The notes below the pieces were generated by a model that saw only the letters and a list, made by a program, of their open reading frames with translations, made no database searches and was not told the DNA's origin. Position numbers and translations under genes: made by a program. Positions 38,975 through 52,404 of a stretch of 64,000 bases of DNA are shown one piece after another. Location of the stretch: contig OY970216.1 of the NCBI GenBank assembly GCA_963713955.1, positions 442,252-506,251 on the forward strand, written 5' to 3'. The stretch comes from an uncultured bacterium. Its GTDB lineage: Bacteria > Patescibacteriota > Minisyncoccia > UBA6257 > GWB1-50-10. The first letter of the stretch is position 1, and the number at the start of each line of letters is the position of its first letter.

Positions 38975-39418
38975 TTATTCCTGTGATTTTATGAATTTCC
39001 ACTCGATGACATCGCCCGGCTGAACGATGTATTTGTCCGCTCCAAGGGGCGGCGCAATGTTGTTTACCCAATATTGCCAGTATTTCTCGCCGTCGCCGTT
39101 TTTCATTTGACCGATTTGAACCACGAGAACTCCCAAACTCCCGTAATTTTTTGTCTCAAGACCGATGCCGCTTTCCTTCGCTGCGTCGGTCAAGAGTTGA
39201 AGCATCGTTTCGTTCGGCGAAAGCGATCTTTCGAAAGTTTTAAGAGTTCCGTTGCCATAGTCGATCATCAAACTCGCGGAGAAGCCGGTACTTACCGTTT
39301 TTTGCTGCTGCACCACTTCCGATTTTCGTCCGTAATTAATAAAAGAACCGGCTGCGAAACCGACGACGAGAGATAAAATAATGAGAAGAGAAAGATTCTT
39401 TTTATTCATGTTATTCAT
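38975..39418 (-). CDS. DUF4430-like secreted/membrane-anchored protein
   Basis: N-terminal TM anchor; beta-rich domain with YIVQPGDVIEW. Confidence 0.35.
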   Translation of the reverse strand: MNNMNKKNLSLLIILSLVVGFAAGSFINYGRKSEVVQQQKTVSTGFSASLMIDYGNGTLKTFERSLSPNETMLQLLTDAAKESGIGLETKNYGSLGVLVVQIGQMKNGDGEKYWQYWVNNIAPPLGADKYIVQPGDVIEWKFIKSQE

Positions 39419-39580
39419 GTTTGCCCCGTCACCAGATCGAGCACTTCACTTTCAACGCTTAATCAATTTTGGACGGTATGAAAAATGACTTCTCTGTTGA
39501 AAGTGATAAGCGTTGCAGTGCTCGGCTCGGTGCGGGGTTTGACTATTATAAACCTTAAAATTAAAATTACCTAGCGACAC

Positions 39581-40375
39581 ATGGAAATCATCGAGGTAAC
39601 AAATCTTACGAAGAAATTTGGCGATTTCACCGCTGTGGATAACATTTCTTTTTCCGTCAAGCGGGGAGAGATATTCGCTTTTCTAGGGCCGAACGGCGCC
39701 GGCAAATCGACGACCATTAAAATGCTCACAACCATACTCCGCCCGACGGGCGGGAGCATTTTCCTCGACGGCCATGATCCTTCGAAGGACGCTCTCGGGG
39801 TCAGAAAATCATTCGGCATCGTGTTCCAGGATCCGAGTCTCGACGACGAACTCACGGCTTATGAGAACATCGAATTTCATGGTGTCCTCTACGGCGTTCC
39901 CCGGAATGTCGGGAAAGAGCGTACCGAACAGCTCTTGAAATTCGTGGAACTGTGGGATCGGCGGAACGATCTCGTCAAGAATTTTTCCGGCGGTATGAAA
40001 CGGAGGCTGGAGATTGCCCGCGGCTTTTTGCATCATCCGAAGATACTGTTCCTCGACGAGCCGACGCAAGGGCTGGATCCCCAGACGAGAAACCACATCT
40101 GGAGCTACATTGTAAATTTGAACAAGGAAGAGAAAATAACTATTTTCTTCACCACCCACTACATGGAAGAAGCGGAAAAGATGGCGGAGCGGGTGGATAT
40201 CATAGATCACGGCACGATAGTCGCCGAAGGAACACCGGAAGAGCTCAAGTCGAAAACCGGAACTGGATCGCTCGAAGAAGCATTCCTTTCTCTCACGGGT
40301 CACGGCATACGGGAAGAGAACGCCTCGGGTTCCGATCATATGAGAAGGCGAGCGAGAGCTTGGGGCCACCGGTAA
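39581..40375 (+). CDS. ABC transporter ATP-binding protein
   Basis: Walker A GPNGAGKST, signature FSGGMKRRL, Walker B LFLDEPT. Confidence 0.9.
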   Translation: MEIIEVTNLTKKFGDFTAVDNISFSVKRGEIFAFLGPNGAGKSTTIKMLTTILRPTGGSIFLDGHDPSKDALGVRKSFGIVFQDPSLDDELTAYENIEFHGVLYGVPRNVGKERTEQLLKFVELWDRRNDLVKNFSGGMKRRLEIARGFLHHPKILFLDEPTQGLDPQTRNHIWSYIVNLNKEEKITIFFTTHYMEEAEKMAERVDIIDHGTIVAEGTPEELKSKTGTGSLEEAFLSLTGHGIREENASGSDHMRRRARAWGHR

Positions 40376-40382
40376 AACTAAC

Positions 40383-41135
40383 ATGCAAGCGATTTACATC
40401 ATTTGGCTCCGGCAACTCAAGAGATACCTCCGTTCGAAACCGAGGATTATCGGTTCTTTGGGCCAACCTCTTTTGTTTCTCGTGGCTCTCGGTTTCGGTC
40501 TTGGACCGGTTTTCGAAAAAGCCGGCAACGGGAATTATCTCGAGTTTCTGGCACCAGGGGTCATCTCTATGGGAATTCTCTTCACGGCTATTTTTTCTGG
40601 CATCGAAATCATCTGGGATCGGCAGTTTGGATTCTTGAAGGAAATGATGGTAGCGCCAGTATCAAGACTCAAGATCATGATCGGAAGGACGCTCGGGGGA
40701 GCGACGGTCGCCATAATTCAGGGTATTGTCGTTTTCCTCCTTGCTTTTCTCGTGGGTTTTCGTCCCGAACACTTGAATGTTCTTAGTTTTCTCCTCGCCT
40801 TGGTTTTCATGTTTCTTATAGCTGTTCTCTTTACGGCTCTCGGGACGGCAATTGCTTCTCCCCTGGATGACATGCAGGGCTTCCAACTCATCATGAATTT
40901 CGTAGTCATGCCGCTTTTTTTCCTCTCGGGAGCTCTTTTCCCGGTAAATGATCTGCCGAGCGGGATTGCTCTCGTGGTAAAAATCGACCCTCTGTCGTAC
41001 GGCGTCGACGGGCTGCGCCACGCTTTCACGGGCATTTCCCAGTTTGGATGGGGTCTTGACTTCACGGTACTCGCGGTTGTGACGGCGCTCCTCGTCGCCC
41101 TCGGAAGCTATCTCTTTTCAAAAATACAGATTTAG
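40383..41135 (+). CDS. ABC-2 type transporter permease
   Basis: 6 TM helices downstream of ABC ATPase. Confidence 0.8.
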   Translation: MQAIYIIWLRQLKRYLRSKPRIIGSLGQPLLFLVALGFGLGPVFEKAGNGNYLEFLAPGVISMGILFTAIFSGIEIIWDRQFGFLKEMMVAPVSRLKIMIGRTLGGATVAIIQGIVVFLLAFLVGFRPEHLNVLSFLLALVFMFLIAVLFTALGTAIASPLDDMQGFQLIMNFVVMPLFFLSGALFPVNDLPSGIALVVKIDPLSYGVDGLRHAFTGISQFGWGLDFTVLAVVTALLVALGSYLFSKIQI

Positions 41136-41207
41136 AATTAAGCGGAGAGGGGGCAACAATGGTTTGCAAAAAAGTTGTCTATCGAGTAAAATATCGGTGG
41201 TCTTATC

Positions 41208-41963
41208 TTGTTTAAGATGAACATTGGAGATGCAATCTCATTGAAAGCCGAGCCGATATTCAACCTGGCTGGTTTTCAGATAACGAATACGCTCCTCTTG
41301 AGCTGTCTCGTAGTTCTGTTGTTCTTAATAATCGGTTTTTTCGCCAGGGGAAAAATCAAAGTTCTGCCGGGCAAATTCCAGGTTTTCTTTGAATCCTTGA
41401 CGGAGGAAATACTCGATCTTATGGAAAGCGTCCTCGGAGACAGGACTTTAGCGGAGAAATACCTTCCGCTTATCGCCTCTATCTTCTTCTTCATCATAAC
41501 GTCCAACTGGATCGGGCTCCTTCCGGGATTGAGTTCCATAGGGCTTAAGGAAGGCGTGAAGCCGATAATCCCGTTTCTGAGGTCTCCGGCAAGCGATCTG
41601 AACTTCACCCTGGCGCTTGCCTTGGCTTCCGTCATTGCGACGAACGCGATTGCCGTGAAATCTCTCGGCATAAAACTGCACCTCAAAAAGTTCTTCAATT
41701 TTCAAAACCCGATAAAGTTTTTCGTGGGAATTCTGGAGCTGATTTCCGAATTCGCCAAAATCATCTCTTTCTCTTTCAGGCTTTTCGGAAATGTTTTCGC
41801 CGGCGAGGTTCTTTTGATCATTGTGGGGGCGCTCGCTCCGTACTTCATCCCTATGCCCTTCATGATCATGGAACTCTTCGTTGGCTTCATCCAAGCTTTT
41901 ATATTCGCCATGCTGACCCTCGTTTTCATAGCGTCCGCAACTGCGGCACACGAGGAGCATTGA
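41208..41963 (+). CDS. atpB: F0F1 ATP synthase subunit a
   Basis: conserved R in LFGNVFAGE helix. Confidence 0.85.
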   Translation: MFKMNIGDAISLKAEPIFNLAGFQITNTLLLSCLVVLLFLIIGFFARGKIKVLPGKFQVFFESLTEEILDLMESVLGDRTLAEKYLPLIASIFFFIITSNWIGLLPGLSSIGLKEGVKPIIPFLRSPASDLNFTLALALASVIATNAIAVKSLGIKLHLKKFFNFQNPIKFFVGILELISEFAKIISFSFRLFGNVFAGEVLLIIVGALAPYFIPMPFMIMELFVGFIQAFIFAMLTLVFIASATAAHEEH

Positions 41964-42013
41964 ATAAAGGTCGAGATTAAAGATTAAGAATTTTGAATTA
42001 GAAATCAAACAAT

Positions 42014-42241
42014 ATGGACTTAGCAAGCATAAAAGTTGTCGCTACCGCCCTCACGATAGCAATCGGCGTGATAGCGCCGGCAATCGCCATAGGTAAGATA
42101 GGTTCCAATTCGGCTGAAGCCATAGGGAGAAATCCGGAGGCTGCGCCGAAAATCCAAACGGCCATGATCTTAGCCATCGCTTTCGCGGAAGCGCTCGCGA
42201 TTTACGCGCTCGTCATAGCGCTCATCGTAAAGTTCACGTAA
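42014..42241 (+). CDS. atpE: ATP synthase subunit c
   Basis: 75-aa hairpin proteolipid with conserved carboxylate (AFAEALAIY). Confidence 0.9.
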   Translation: MDLASIKVVATALTIAIGVIAPAIAIGKIGSNSAEAIGRNPEAAPKIQTAMILAIAFAEALAIYALVIALIVKFT

Positions 42242-42244
42242 TCA

Positions 42245-42748
42245 ATGCAATCATTAGTTGAAAACTTCGGCATAGATTGGAGACTTTTGCTGAGCCAGTT
42301 CTTTAACTTCCTTGTGATTCTCGCAATATTCACTTTCCTGATCTACAAGCCGCTCTCAAAGAACATTGCCGAGAGAAGAAAAAAAATAAAAGAGGGATTA
42401 GACAAGGAGGAGGAAGCCTCAGAACGCTTGTCGGAAATCGCCGTCTTGGAAAAGGAAACCCTGAAGAAAGCCGAGGGTGAAGCCGTCGGCATTATATCCG
42501 GCGCTGAGGCAAGGGCCAAGGAACGCGAATCCGAGATTCTCCAGGAAGCCGAGGAGAAGAACAAGGAAATGCAGCGCAAGGCTCTCGAGGAAATCAACGA
42601 AGAGAAACAAGAGTCGCTCCGGAAAGCCGAAAAAGAAATAGCGTCCCTCGCCAAGGAAGTACTGGTAAAGGCCGTCAAGGTTAATCCGTCGGCCGTCGAC
42701 GAAGCGCTCTTGAAAAGAGTCACGGAAGAAACGGTGAAAGAGAAATGA
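42245..42748 (+). CDS. atpF: ATP synthase subunit b
   Basis: N-terminal TM then long charged helix. Confidence 0.8.
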   Translation: MQSLVENFGIDWRLLLSQFFNFLVILAIFTFLIYKPLSKNIAERRKKIKEGLDKEEEASERLSEIAVLEKETLKKAEGEAVGIISGAEARAKERESEILQEAEEKNKEMQRKALEEINEEKQESLRKAEKEIASLAKEVLVKAVKVNPSAVDEALLKRVTEETVKEK

Positions 42749-43137
42749 GGATACCGCCCCATTCATACGCAAAAGTTTTCTGGGAACTCACCAGAGGGGG
42801 ATCTCCCGAAGAGACGGAGAAAATAACCCGGAAGTTTATTTCCCTCGTTTCCAAGAACGGCGACCTCCCGTCGAAGAAGAAGATCCTCGAATCCGTCGAA
42901 AGATGTGCGAGAGACGCGAGCGGAAAGCGCCTACTGACTGTTGAAACCGCGAGAGCGATGCCAGACGATTTCTACGCCGACATGGTGAGGAAAATCGGGG
43001 GAGGCAGATACGACGTTCGCCGGGTCGTGAGTGAAAATCTTGTCGCCGGTGCGAAGTTATCCATCGACGAATCACGAGAGCTCGATCTTTCATTCGCTAC
43101 CGTTCTTAGAAATTTATTCGACAAGAAACAAAATTAA
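42745..43137 (+). CDS. atpH: ATP synthase subunit delta (short form)
   Basis: position between atpF and atpA; helical OSCP-like. Confidence 0.55.
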   Translation: MRIPPHSYAKVFWELTRGGSPEETEKITRKFISLVSKNGDLPSKKKILESVERCARDASGKRLLTVETARAMPDDFYADMVRKIGGGRYDVRRVVSENLVAGAKLSIDESRELDLSFATVLRNLFDKKQN

Positions 43138-43138
43138 A

Positions 43139-44643
43139 ATGAGTTATGAAATAATAGAAAAGTTAAGAAAGGCACTCAGTGAGTATGATGACAAAGCCGA
43201 ATGGCAGGATATCGGACGGGTCATAGAAGTCGGCGACGGAGTCGCGAGAATTTCGGGACTCACAAATGTGAAGAGCCAAGAACTCATCACGGTAGAGACC
43301 GAGAGGGGGAACGTGCCCGCATTGGCTTTGAATCTGGAAGAGGGGACAATCGGGGCTCTCGTCCTTGGTTCTGACACCGGCATACGGAGCGGCAATGTCG
43401 TGAAGAGAACGAATCAGATATTGTCGATAGAAGTCGGGGAGGAAATGTTGGGAAGAGTCATCGATCCCTTAGGGAAGCCACTTGACGGAAGAGGGGAAAT
43501 TTTCAAAAACAAAGAGCATCGCCGCTATTTTTTGGAACGGAAAGCTCCGTCGGTCTTGGATCGGGAATCGGTAAAAGTCCCTCTCCATACCGGCATAAAA
43601 GCCGTCGACGCCATGATTCCGATCGGCCGCGGTCAGCGGGAACTTATCATTGGAGACCGTCAAACCGGTAAAACAGCTATCGCAGTCGATGCCATTATCA
43701 ATCAAAAGCAAGACAAGGGAAGAAAAATTCCCGTCTGTATCTACGTCGCGATAGGCCAGAAAGAATCGAAAGTCGCAGGACTTGTGAAAACGCTTGAAGA
43801 AAACGGCGCTCTGAAGTATTCGATCATCGTCGTTGCGGGCGCTTCGAGTCCAGCGGCCTTCTGGTATCTCGCTCCGTACGCCGGTTGCGCCATCGGCGAA
43901 TACTTTATGGATAAAGGCGATGATGCTCTCGTGATTTATGACGACCTTTCAAAACATGCATGGGGATACCGGCAAATTTCCCTTTTGCTTCGAAGGCCGC
44001 CGGGACGGGAAGCGTATCCGGGGGACGTTTTTTATCTCCACTCGAGGCTTTTGGAACGAGCCGCAAAACTCAACAAAGAGAAAGGTGGCGGATCATTGAC
44101 GGCACTCCCGATCATCGAAACCCAGCTTGGAGACATCTCCGCCTACATCCCGACGAACGTCATCTCGATAACCGATGGGCAAATTTACCTCGAATCCGAT
44201 CTTTTCTATCAAGGTGTGCGGCCGGCTATTAACGCCGGACTTTCCGTCTCGCGCGTTGGATCTTCCGCTCAAACGAAAGCCATGAAAAAAGTTGCCGGAA
44301 AACTCCGCTTGGAGCTCGCTCAATTCCGGGAACTCGCGGCCTTCGTTCAATTCGCCTCGGAAGTTGACGAAGCGACCAAGAAAAGGATACGGCGGGGAGA
44401 AATATTGACCGAAATATTAAAACAGGACGACTTGAAACCGGTGCCTTTCGAGGAGGAAGTGGTTCTGATCTACGCCGCAACGAACGGTTATTTCGACGAG
44501 TTGAAAAAAGAGGAGGTCGGAACGAAAACCGAGGAACTCCTGACCTATCTCAAGGATGTACATACGGAGACGCTCCAAAAAATATCGACGTCGGGGGAAA
44601 TAAACCAAGAAACCGAGGGATCGCTCAAAAAAGCGCTTGATTC

Positions 44644-44656
<13 letters not shown>
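43139..44656 (+). CDS. atpA: ATP synthase subunit alpha (ORF track start 43031; probable ATG 43139)
   Basis: Walker A GDRQTGKT. Confidence 0.95.
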
Positions 44657-46968
<2,312 letters not shown>

Positions 46969-46969
<1 letters not shown>

Positions 46970-47220
46970 TGATGTATGTCAAGGTAGATTCATTGAAGGG
47001 AATTTTATTCGAATCGGAAATCAAGAGTCTCACGGTTATGACAACGACGGGCGAAATCACCGTCTTGCCGAACCATCGCCCCCTTATCACTTCCCTAAAG
47101 CCCTGCGCAGCGAGGGCAGTCGACGGAAACGGCGACGAAAAGTTTTTCGAGGTGAAGTCCGGCTTCCTCGAAGTCAAAAAGTCCAAAGACGGGACATTTC
47201 TGACTCTCCTCGTTGACTAA
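46969..47220 (+). CDS. atpC: ATP synthase subunit epsilon (beta-sandwich domain only)
   Basis: 83 aa, position after atpD. Confidence 0.75.
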
Positions 47221-47638
47221 ACGAATGAAGAAAATCGTCCCATTGAATTTATCACGAGAGCACTACACAGCGAAAGGCACACTGTTGTGGTGTTTTGACG
47301 ATAGATTCACCGAAGCCCTTGAGAAATTCAAAGCGCTAACCCCTAATATCCATTTCGATGATATTAGGTTGGCTAGCGGGGGGTTGAAAAGATTAGCCTC
47401 TCCAGAAAAAGAATCTGACAGGGAAGCTATCCTGGAGGAGATTTTCAAATCGGTAAAATTGCATCATAGTGATACAGTTTTCATAATGGCCCACAACGAG
47501 TGTGGGGACTTCGACGGAAACACCGATGTGAATTTCTACCTGGGAGAACTGAAGAAAGCCGAGAGGGTTATCAAAGAACGGTTTAACGTTAAAATTGTTA
47601 AATTGTTCGTAGATTTTGACGGGGTTTATAAAGTTTAG
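47213..47638 (+). CDS. hypothetical protein translationally coupled to the end of the atp operon
   Basis: 8-nt overlap with atpC; terminator 47666-47701 follows. Confidence 0.5.
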   Translation: MTKRMKKIVPLNLSREHYTAKGTLLWCFDDRFTEALEKFKALTPNIHFDDIRLASGGLKRLASPEKESDREAILEEIFKSVKLHHSDTVFIMAHNECGDFDGNTDVNFYLGELKKAERVIKERFNVKIVKLFVDFDGVYKV

Positions 47639-47665
47639 TTAGTAGTTAATAAGACATCATTTTAG

Positions 47666-47701
47666 CCGCAGGATTGCTTTTCCTGCGGTTTCGTCTTTTT
47701 T
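47666..47701 (+). terminator. rho-independent terminator (gccgcagg...cctgcggt + T-run)
   Basis: GC stem plus TTTTTT. Confidence 0.6.
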
Positions 47702-47745
47702 GAATCTAGGCCATATTTTTACAAGGGAGCCCACTTGGGTATAGA

Positions 47746-49464
47746 ATGGGGGTAATGTCGAAAGATACTGATCTTATCAAAGAGAAGGTTGATATAGTCG
47801 ATTTCCTCAAGCAATACCTGACTCTTACTCCGACCGGCAAGAATTTCAAAGCGCTCTGCCCGTTCCATCAGGAAAAAACGCCTTCTTTTTTCATTTCTCC
47901 GGAACGGAAAATCTGGCATTGCTTCGGGTGCGGACTCGGGGGTGACGTCATCAAGTTCGCGATGCTCTACGAGCATATCGAGTTCCCCGAAGCCTTGAAG
48001 CTTCTCGCCGAGAAAGCCGGCCTCCAGATACAAACCATGAGTCCCTCTGAGCAGCGGGAATTTGGGATACTGTATGACATAAACGCCGCCGCGGCTAAGT
48101 TCTATCGGGATGCGCTCATGAAAAACGGGAGAGTGATAGACTACCTGAAAAACCGCGGGTTGAAAAGCGAAACCATCGATGAATTCGATCTCGGATACGC
48201 CCCGGGAGGGGAGGAACTCACGAAGTTCCTTATGAAGAACGGATATGCCGTGAACGATATCGTAAGGGCGGGGTTAGCGCAGAAAAACGTAAGAGGTTTG
48301 TACAAGGATAAGTTTTATGAACGAATCATGTTCCCGATAGCGAACCAAATAGGGAAGATTGTGGCTTTCACGGGAAGAACCGTCCCGGACGCTTCCGGCA
48401 ACGATCCGAAGGATGCTCCAAAGTATCTGAATTCCCCGGAAACGATCATCTTCAACAAATCGAAAATACTTTACGGCTTTGACAAATCCAAGCAGTTCGT
48501 AAGCGAGGCAAAAACCGTCGTCATCGTCGAAGGCCAGATGGATCTCCTTATGGTGTGGCAATCAGGCGTGAAAAACGCGGTTGCGGTTTCCGGCACGGGG
48601 CTCACCGAAGAACACTTGCTCCGGCTCCGGAGATTCGCCGACACGGTCATGGTCAGCTTCGACAAGGACGAGGCGGGGATCAAGGCGCTCGAAAGAAGTT
48701 TGGAACACTTCCATAATTTCGATTTCCATATCAAAGTCATCGACCTCGGCGGCTTCAAGGATCCGGCCGACGCGTGCAAGGCGAATCCCGATTTCATGAA
48801 AACAGCCTTGAGCTGGGCGAAACCTGCCCTTTCATATCTCATGAACGCTTATTTTTCAGACACCTCATACCAGGGCGGCGATATCCCGGTCAAAAAGAGA
48901 ATCTTACGGCACGTATTGGCTCAAATAAACACCGTGAAGAGTGCCGTTGAAAGAGGCATCTGGATCAGGGAAGCGTCGGAGCTTTCGGGCATACCGGAAA
49001 ACGATCTGAGGCAAGAACTGAGAAACATGGACTCCGGAGAACCGGAAAGTCTCGGTTCGAATTTCTCGAGCGAAACCGAAAAATCCGACCAGAGGGAAGA
49101 AATAGCAAGAAAGCTTACGGTCATCGCTTTGACAAGGGAAGACTTCCTTGATACATTGAAAGGCGAAATAGCCCTCCTGCCGGATAATTTCAGGAAAATC
49201 GTAGAAGGAGGAAAAGATGCCGAGGATGCGGCTCTCTTGGAACTTGAATCTTCCTACCTCACGAGTTCCCGCGACGAAAAGACTATAAAGAAGGAGTTCG
49301 ACGACCTTCTCAAAAAGTTGAAAATACTCTCCCTCAAGGAATCGAAATCTTCCCTCAAGAAGGCCCTCAGGGAAGCCGAGAACGGGGGAAGCGAAGAAAA
49401 GGTATCGGAGATCCTCGGCAAATTCTCGGATGAAAGCAAAAAACTAAACGACCTCTCCCGATGA
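47746..49464 (+). CDS. dnaG: DNA primase
   Basis: zinc ribbon [17 protein letters not shown] domain. Confidence 0.95.
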   Translation: MGVMSKDTDLIKEKVDIVDFLKQYLTLTPTGKNFKALCPFHQEKTPSFFISPERKIWHCFGCGLGGDVIKFAMLYEHIEFPEALKLLAEKAGLQIQTMSPSEQREFGILYDINAAAAKFYRDALMKNGRVIDYLKNRGLKSETIDEFDLGYAPGGEELTKFLMKNGYAVNDIVRAGLAQKNVRGLYKDKFYERIMFPIANQIGKIVAFTGRTVPDASGNDPKDAPKYLNSPETIIFNKSKILYGFDKSKQFVSEAKTVVIVEGQMDLLMVWQSGVKNAVAVSGTGLTEEHLLRLRRFADTVMVSFDKDEAGIKALERSLEHFHNFDFHIKVIDLGGFKDPADACKANPDFMKTALSWAKPALSYLMNAYFSDTSYQGGDIPVKKRILRHVLAQINTVKSAVERGIWIREASELSGIPENDLRQELRNMDSGEPESLGSNFSSETEKSDQREEIARKLTVIALTREDFLDTLKGEIALLPDNFRKIVEGGKDAEDAALLELESSYLTSSRDEKTIKKEFDDLLKKLKILSLKESKSSLKKALREAENGGSEEKVSEILGKFSDESKKLNDLSR

Positions 49465-50660
49465 CCAAATCCAAAACCAAAAAATCTCAAAAAAAGAACA
49501 AGCGACCTCTCCGGAAGGTCGCTTCGAAAAAACCCAAAAAGACGGCAAAGCAAGCTATCAGGAAGGAAAAGAAGATCATCGTTCCGCCCGAGTACGAAGA
49601 AGCACTGGAAGAACTCGTGAAAAGGGGGAGAGGAAGAGAGTTCCTGACGGATGCGGAAGTTCTGAACTATTTCCCGGACATAGAAAAGAACCTCCCGTTC
49701 CTTGAGAGGGTTTACGCGCGGCTCGAAAAAGAGGGGATTAAAATCAAGGAATCCGGGCCGGTCATAAAAAATCTTAACCTCGAGGAAGTTTCCGCCAACG
49801 AGCTCAAGGAAGCAACCAAAGTCGAAACCGACTTGCCGGACGCCGTTCAGATGTACCTCAAGGAAATCGGGAAGACCGCGCTTCTCACGTCCGCCGAAGA
49901 AAAAGAACTCGCTAAACGCATCGAAAAAGGCGACGAATCCGCCAGGAAAAGACTGATACAAGCCAATTTGAGACTCGTAGTTTCCATCGCAAAGCGATAT
50001 GCCAATCGGAGCCAGCGCTTGAGCATTCTCGATCTCATTCAAGAGGGGAACATCGGTCTTTCCCGCGCCGTCGACAAATTCGACTACACGAAAGGATTCA
50101 AATTTTCCACGTACGCCACGTGGTGGATCCGCCAAGCCGTGACGAGAGCTCTGGCCGACTATTCAAGGACCATACGAATACCGGTCCACATGGTTGAAAC
50201 CATAACCAAATACACCCAGACGAAAAGGCAGCTCATGCAAGAATTGGGCCGGGAACCCCTGCCTGAAGAGATCGCTTCCGAAATGGGGATGGACGTCAAG
50301 AAAATCCACTATATCCAGAAAATTTCGCAGGAGGTGATGTCTCTCGAAGCGCCGATCGGGGACGGCGAGGATGATCTCACGCTTTCCGATTTCATCAAAG
50401 ACGAACAAAGTTTGAGCCCCGACGAGATGGCGAACCAGGCACTCTTGAAAGACCAGATACGTGAAATTCTGGCTGATTTGACTGAACGCGAGCAAAGAAT
50501 ACTCGCCATGCGATTCGGTCTCGACGACAACATTCCTCATACGCTCGAGGAGGTCGGGAAAGAATTCGGCGTAACCCGGGAACGCATCCGGCAAATCGAA
50601 GCCAAGGCTCTGGATCGAATCCGGAACCACGAAAAATCAAAGAAACTGGAAGGGTACTGA
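49461..50660 (+). CDS. rpoD: RNA polymerase sigma-70 factor RpoD
   Basis: regions 1.2-4.2; region 2 includes YATWWIRQA. Confidence 0.95.
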   Translation: MTKSKTKKSQKKNKRPLRKVASKKPKKTAKQAIRKEKKIIVPPEYEEALEELVKRGRGREFLTDAEVLNYFPDIEKNLPFLERVYARLEKEGIKIKESGPVIKNLNLEEVSANELKEATKVETDLPDAVQMYLKEIGKTALLTSAEEKELAKRIEKGDESARKRLIQANLRLVVSIAKRYANRSQRLSILDLIQEGNIGLSRAVDKFDYTKGFKFSTYATWWIRQAVTRALADYSRTIRIPVHMVETITKYTQTKRQLMQELGREPLPEEIASEMGMDVKKIHYIQKISQEVMSLEAPIGDGEDDLTLSDFIKDEQSLSPDEMANQALLKDQIREILADLTEREQRILAMRFGLDDNIPHTLEEVGKEFGVTRERIRQIEAKALDRIRNHEKSKKLEGY

Positions 50661-50670
50661 AAATGCTCGC

Positions 50671-50740
50671 CAGGTACTCCTTCCTCAGGCAGTCTCCGGG
50701 GCGACGCCCAAGTCTTAGCCTTCGGAAGGAGTGCCTGCCT
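50671..50740. repeat. structured repeat family F2 copy 1 (caggtactccttcctcaggcagtctccggggcgacgcccaagtcttagccttcggaaggagtgcctg)
   Basis: 3 copies (50671, 51547, 59745 rc); shares core ctccgGGGC...GCCCaagtctta with F1. Confidence 0.65.
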
Positions 50741-50830
50741 TGCGGCAGACAAACCGGACTCCACACGGTTTTATATCAGAAGCAAAATTTCTCTGTTGTA
50801 AAAAAGAATTTACTGTGATATAATTGAAAC

Positions 50831-50905
50831 ATTGCTTTGGCCTAATAGAGGTCAAGTTTTTACGGGGTCCTACTGAAAACACCAGAGGACCCTTCGCATT
50901 TTTTG
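50831..50905 (+). ncRNA. candidate small RNA: promoter (-35 TTGTAA 50796, -10 TATAAT 50819) to intrinsic terminator (gggtcct...aggaccc + ATTTTTTG)
   Basis: promoter and terminator ~75 nt apart with no ORF. Confidence 0.3.
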
Positions 50906-50976
50906 TCGGGCTGCCGAGATCATATCTGCTTAACCTCGCACGACTCGGGACGAATATATAAAACCTCTAACTTCTG

Positions 50977-51047
50977 TCGGAGTGGGGAGAATCGAACTCC
51001 CGCTACATGCACCCCATGCATGCGTACTGCCACTATACGACACTCCG
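50977..51047 (-). tRNA. tRNA-Pro (anticodon GGG)
   Basis: manual fold: acceptor CGGAGTG/CACTCCG, anticodon loop ATGGGGT, T-loop TTCGATT. Confidence 0.75.
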
Positions 51048-51136
51048 AGCGCTGTTACATTTACTCCGTAGTATCGCGAAGCGATTACTGCAGGGCTACA
51101 GCCCGAATAGTAGAAGTATAAGCTATTCGATTGAAA

Positions 51137-51161
51137 TTAAAAACACCCTATCGGGAGGGTG
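51137..51161 (-). terminator. rho-independent terminator downstream of rpmB
   Basis: caccctcccgatagggtg hairpin followed by TTTTT on minus strand. Confidence 0.55.
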
Positions 51162-51354
51162 CTTTCTTTTTTCCTTTACTGATCGTCTTAAGACACCTGA
51201 CGCAGATCAGAACCCTTTTTCCCGGAATAATGTTCCTTACGAGTTTCAAGTTCGCCTTCTTCTTTTGCGAAGAGGTAGGGTTGTAATGGCTCCGGAGCAT
51301 CACCCGAGTATTCCCCGCCGTATACGATTTCCCGCAAATGTAGCACTGCCGCAT
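51148..51354 (-). CDS. rpmB: 50S ribosomal protein L28
   Basis: CYICGKSYTAGNTR..SH and RVLICVRCLKTISKGK align to the L28 family. Confidence 0.8.
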   Translation of the reverse strand: MRQCYICGKSYTAGNTRVMLRSHYNPTSSQKKKANLKLVRNIIPGKRVLICVRCLKTISKGKKKAPSR

Positions 51355-51546
51355 GCCCTGTAGTACAACTTCGAATTTACTTGTTCGAATGGTAAACTTT
51401 CATTTCTCGACCGTAAATTTCTCCATGATGAGATACATCTCTAGTTTCTGAGCAATTATATGCCCGAGACACTATCGAAGTTGTCCTACGGGGCATGGTC
51501 TGTAGATTATCAAAACAACATACTTATGTCAATAAATTTGCGCTCA

Positions 51547-51649
51547 CCTGGTACTCCTGCTCAGGCAGTCTCCGGGGCGACGTCCAAGCCCCGTACTACA
51601 ACTTCGTTGTAGTGCAGGGCAAGTCTTAGCCTTCGCAGAAGTACCAGGC
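51547..51649. repeat. repeat family F2 copy 2 carrying a nested F3 palindrome (51594-51623) inserted at CAAG
   Basis: identical to F2 copies 1 and 3 apart from the 30-bp insertion ccccgtactacaacttcgttgtagtgcaggg. Confidence 0.65.
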
Positions 51650-51686
51650 TCGCCCTTCAAGAAGAAGTGCTTTAGTCTTCTTCGTT

Positions 51687-52358
51687 TTATCCGACAGTGG
51701 TCTGCTTGTACGTTTTTGCGTTGAAGTCGAATTGATAAAAATTAGGACTATCGGGAGAGCCTACCTCGAGGATAATGCTCGTCGTCCCCGGATCAATCTT
51801 GAAATTCACGGCGCCGTCAACTGAACTTTGGGGCGGCATGGCCTTGAAAGCTCCGACGACGTTGTCGGCAACGGTATTGCTCCCCGTCGGATTGAATATT
51901 TGAATGAGGTTTCCCATGTCGACCGCGCTGTAGCTTGAAGCGGAATCGGTGAAAACCTTGACTGCAACTGCAAGGGTGCCATCCGTCATTTCCGACACTT
52001 TGCTCACGAGTATCGTGAGATCTGTTTGGGGTTCGAGATCAGCGCTGGAACTCGCGTTGAACAAGATGTTCGACGCTATGGAGATCGCCGCACTGGTCGC
52101 TTGGCTTCCCGTTGTGGTGCTTCCCGTTTGCGTTCCGTTTGCCGAGCTTCCGGTCGTAGTCGGCTCGCTCCCGGAATTCCCCGTCGTCGTCACGACGCTC
52201 AAGGGAGAAGACGTGCTCCCGGGAAGAACGTTCTGCGTTCCATTGTTTCCAATAATATTCTCGATCCCGCTTATCTTATTGAAAAGAAAATAAAAACCGA
52301 GGAGCATTACGACAATGACGACCGCGAAGAGCAGGTAAATGTTTCTTATGTTTCTCAT
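51687..52358 (-). CDS. secreted/membrane-anchored Thr/Ser-rich protein of unknown function
   Basis: N-terminal TM/signal anchor, T/S/G-rich low-complexity segment. Confidence 0.5.
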   Translation of the reverse strand: MRNIRNIYLLFAVVIVVMLLGFYFLFNKISGIENIIGNNGTQNVLPGSTSSPLSVVTTTGNSGSEPTTTGSSANGTQTGSTTTGSQATSAAISIASNILFNASSSADLEPQTDLTILVSKVSEMTDGTLAVAVKVFTDSASSYSAVDMGNLIQIFNPTGSNTVADNVVGAFKAMPPQSSVDGAVNFKIDPGTTSIILEVGSPDSPNFYQFDFNAKTYKQTTVG

Positions 52359-52404
52359 GTTATAATTATAGCAAATCTGTTGTACTTTGTAGTAGAATCG
52401 AACT

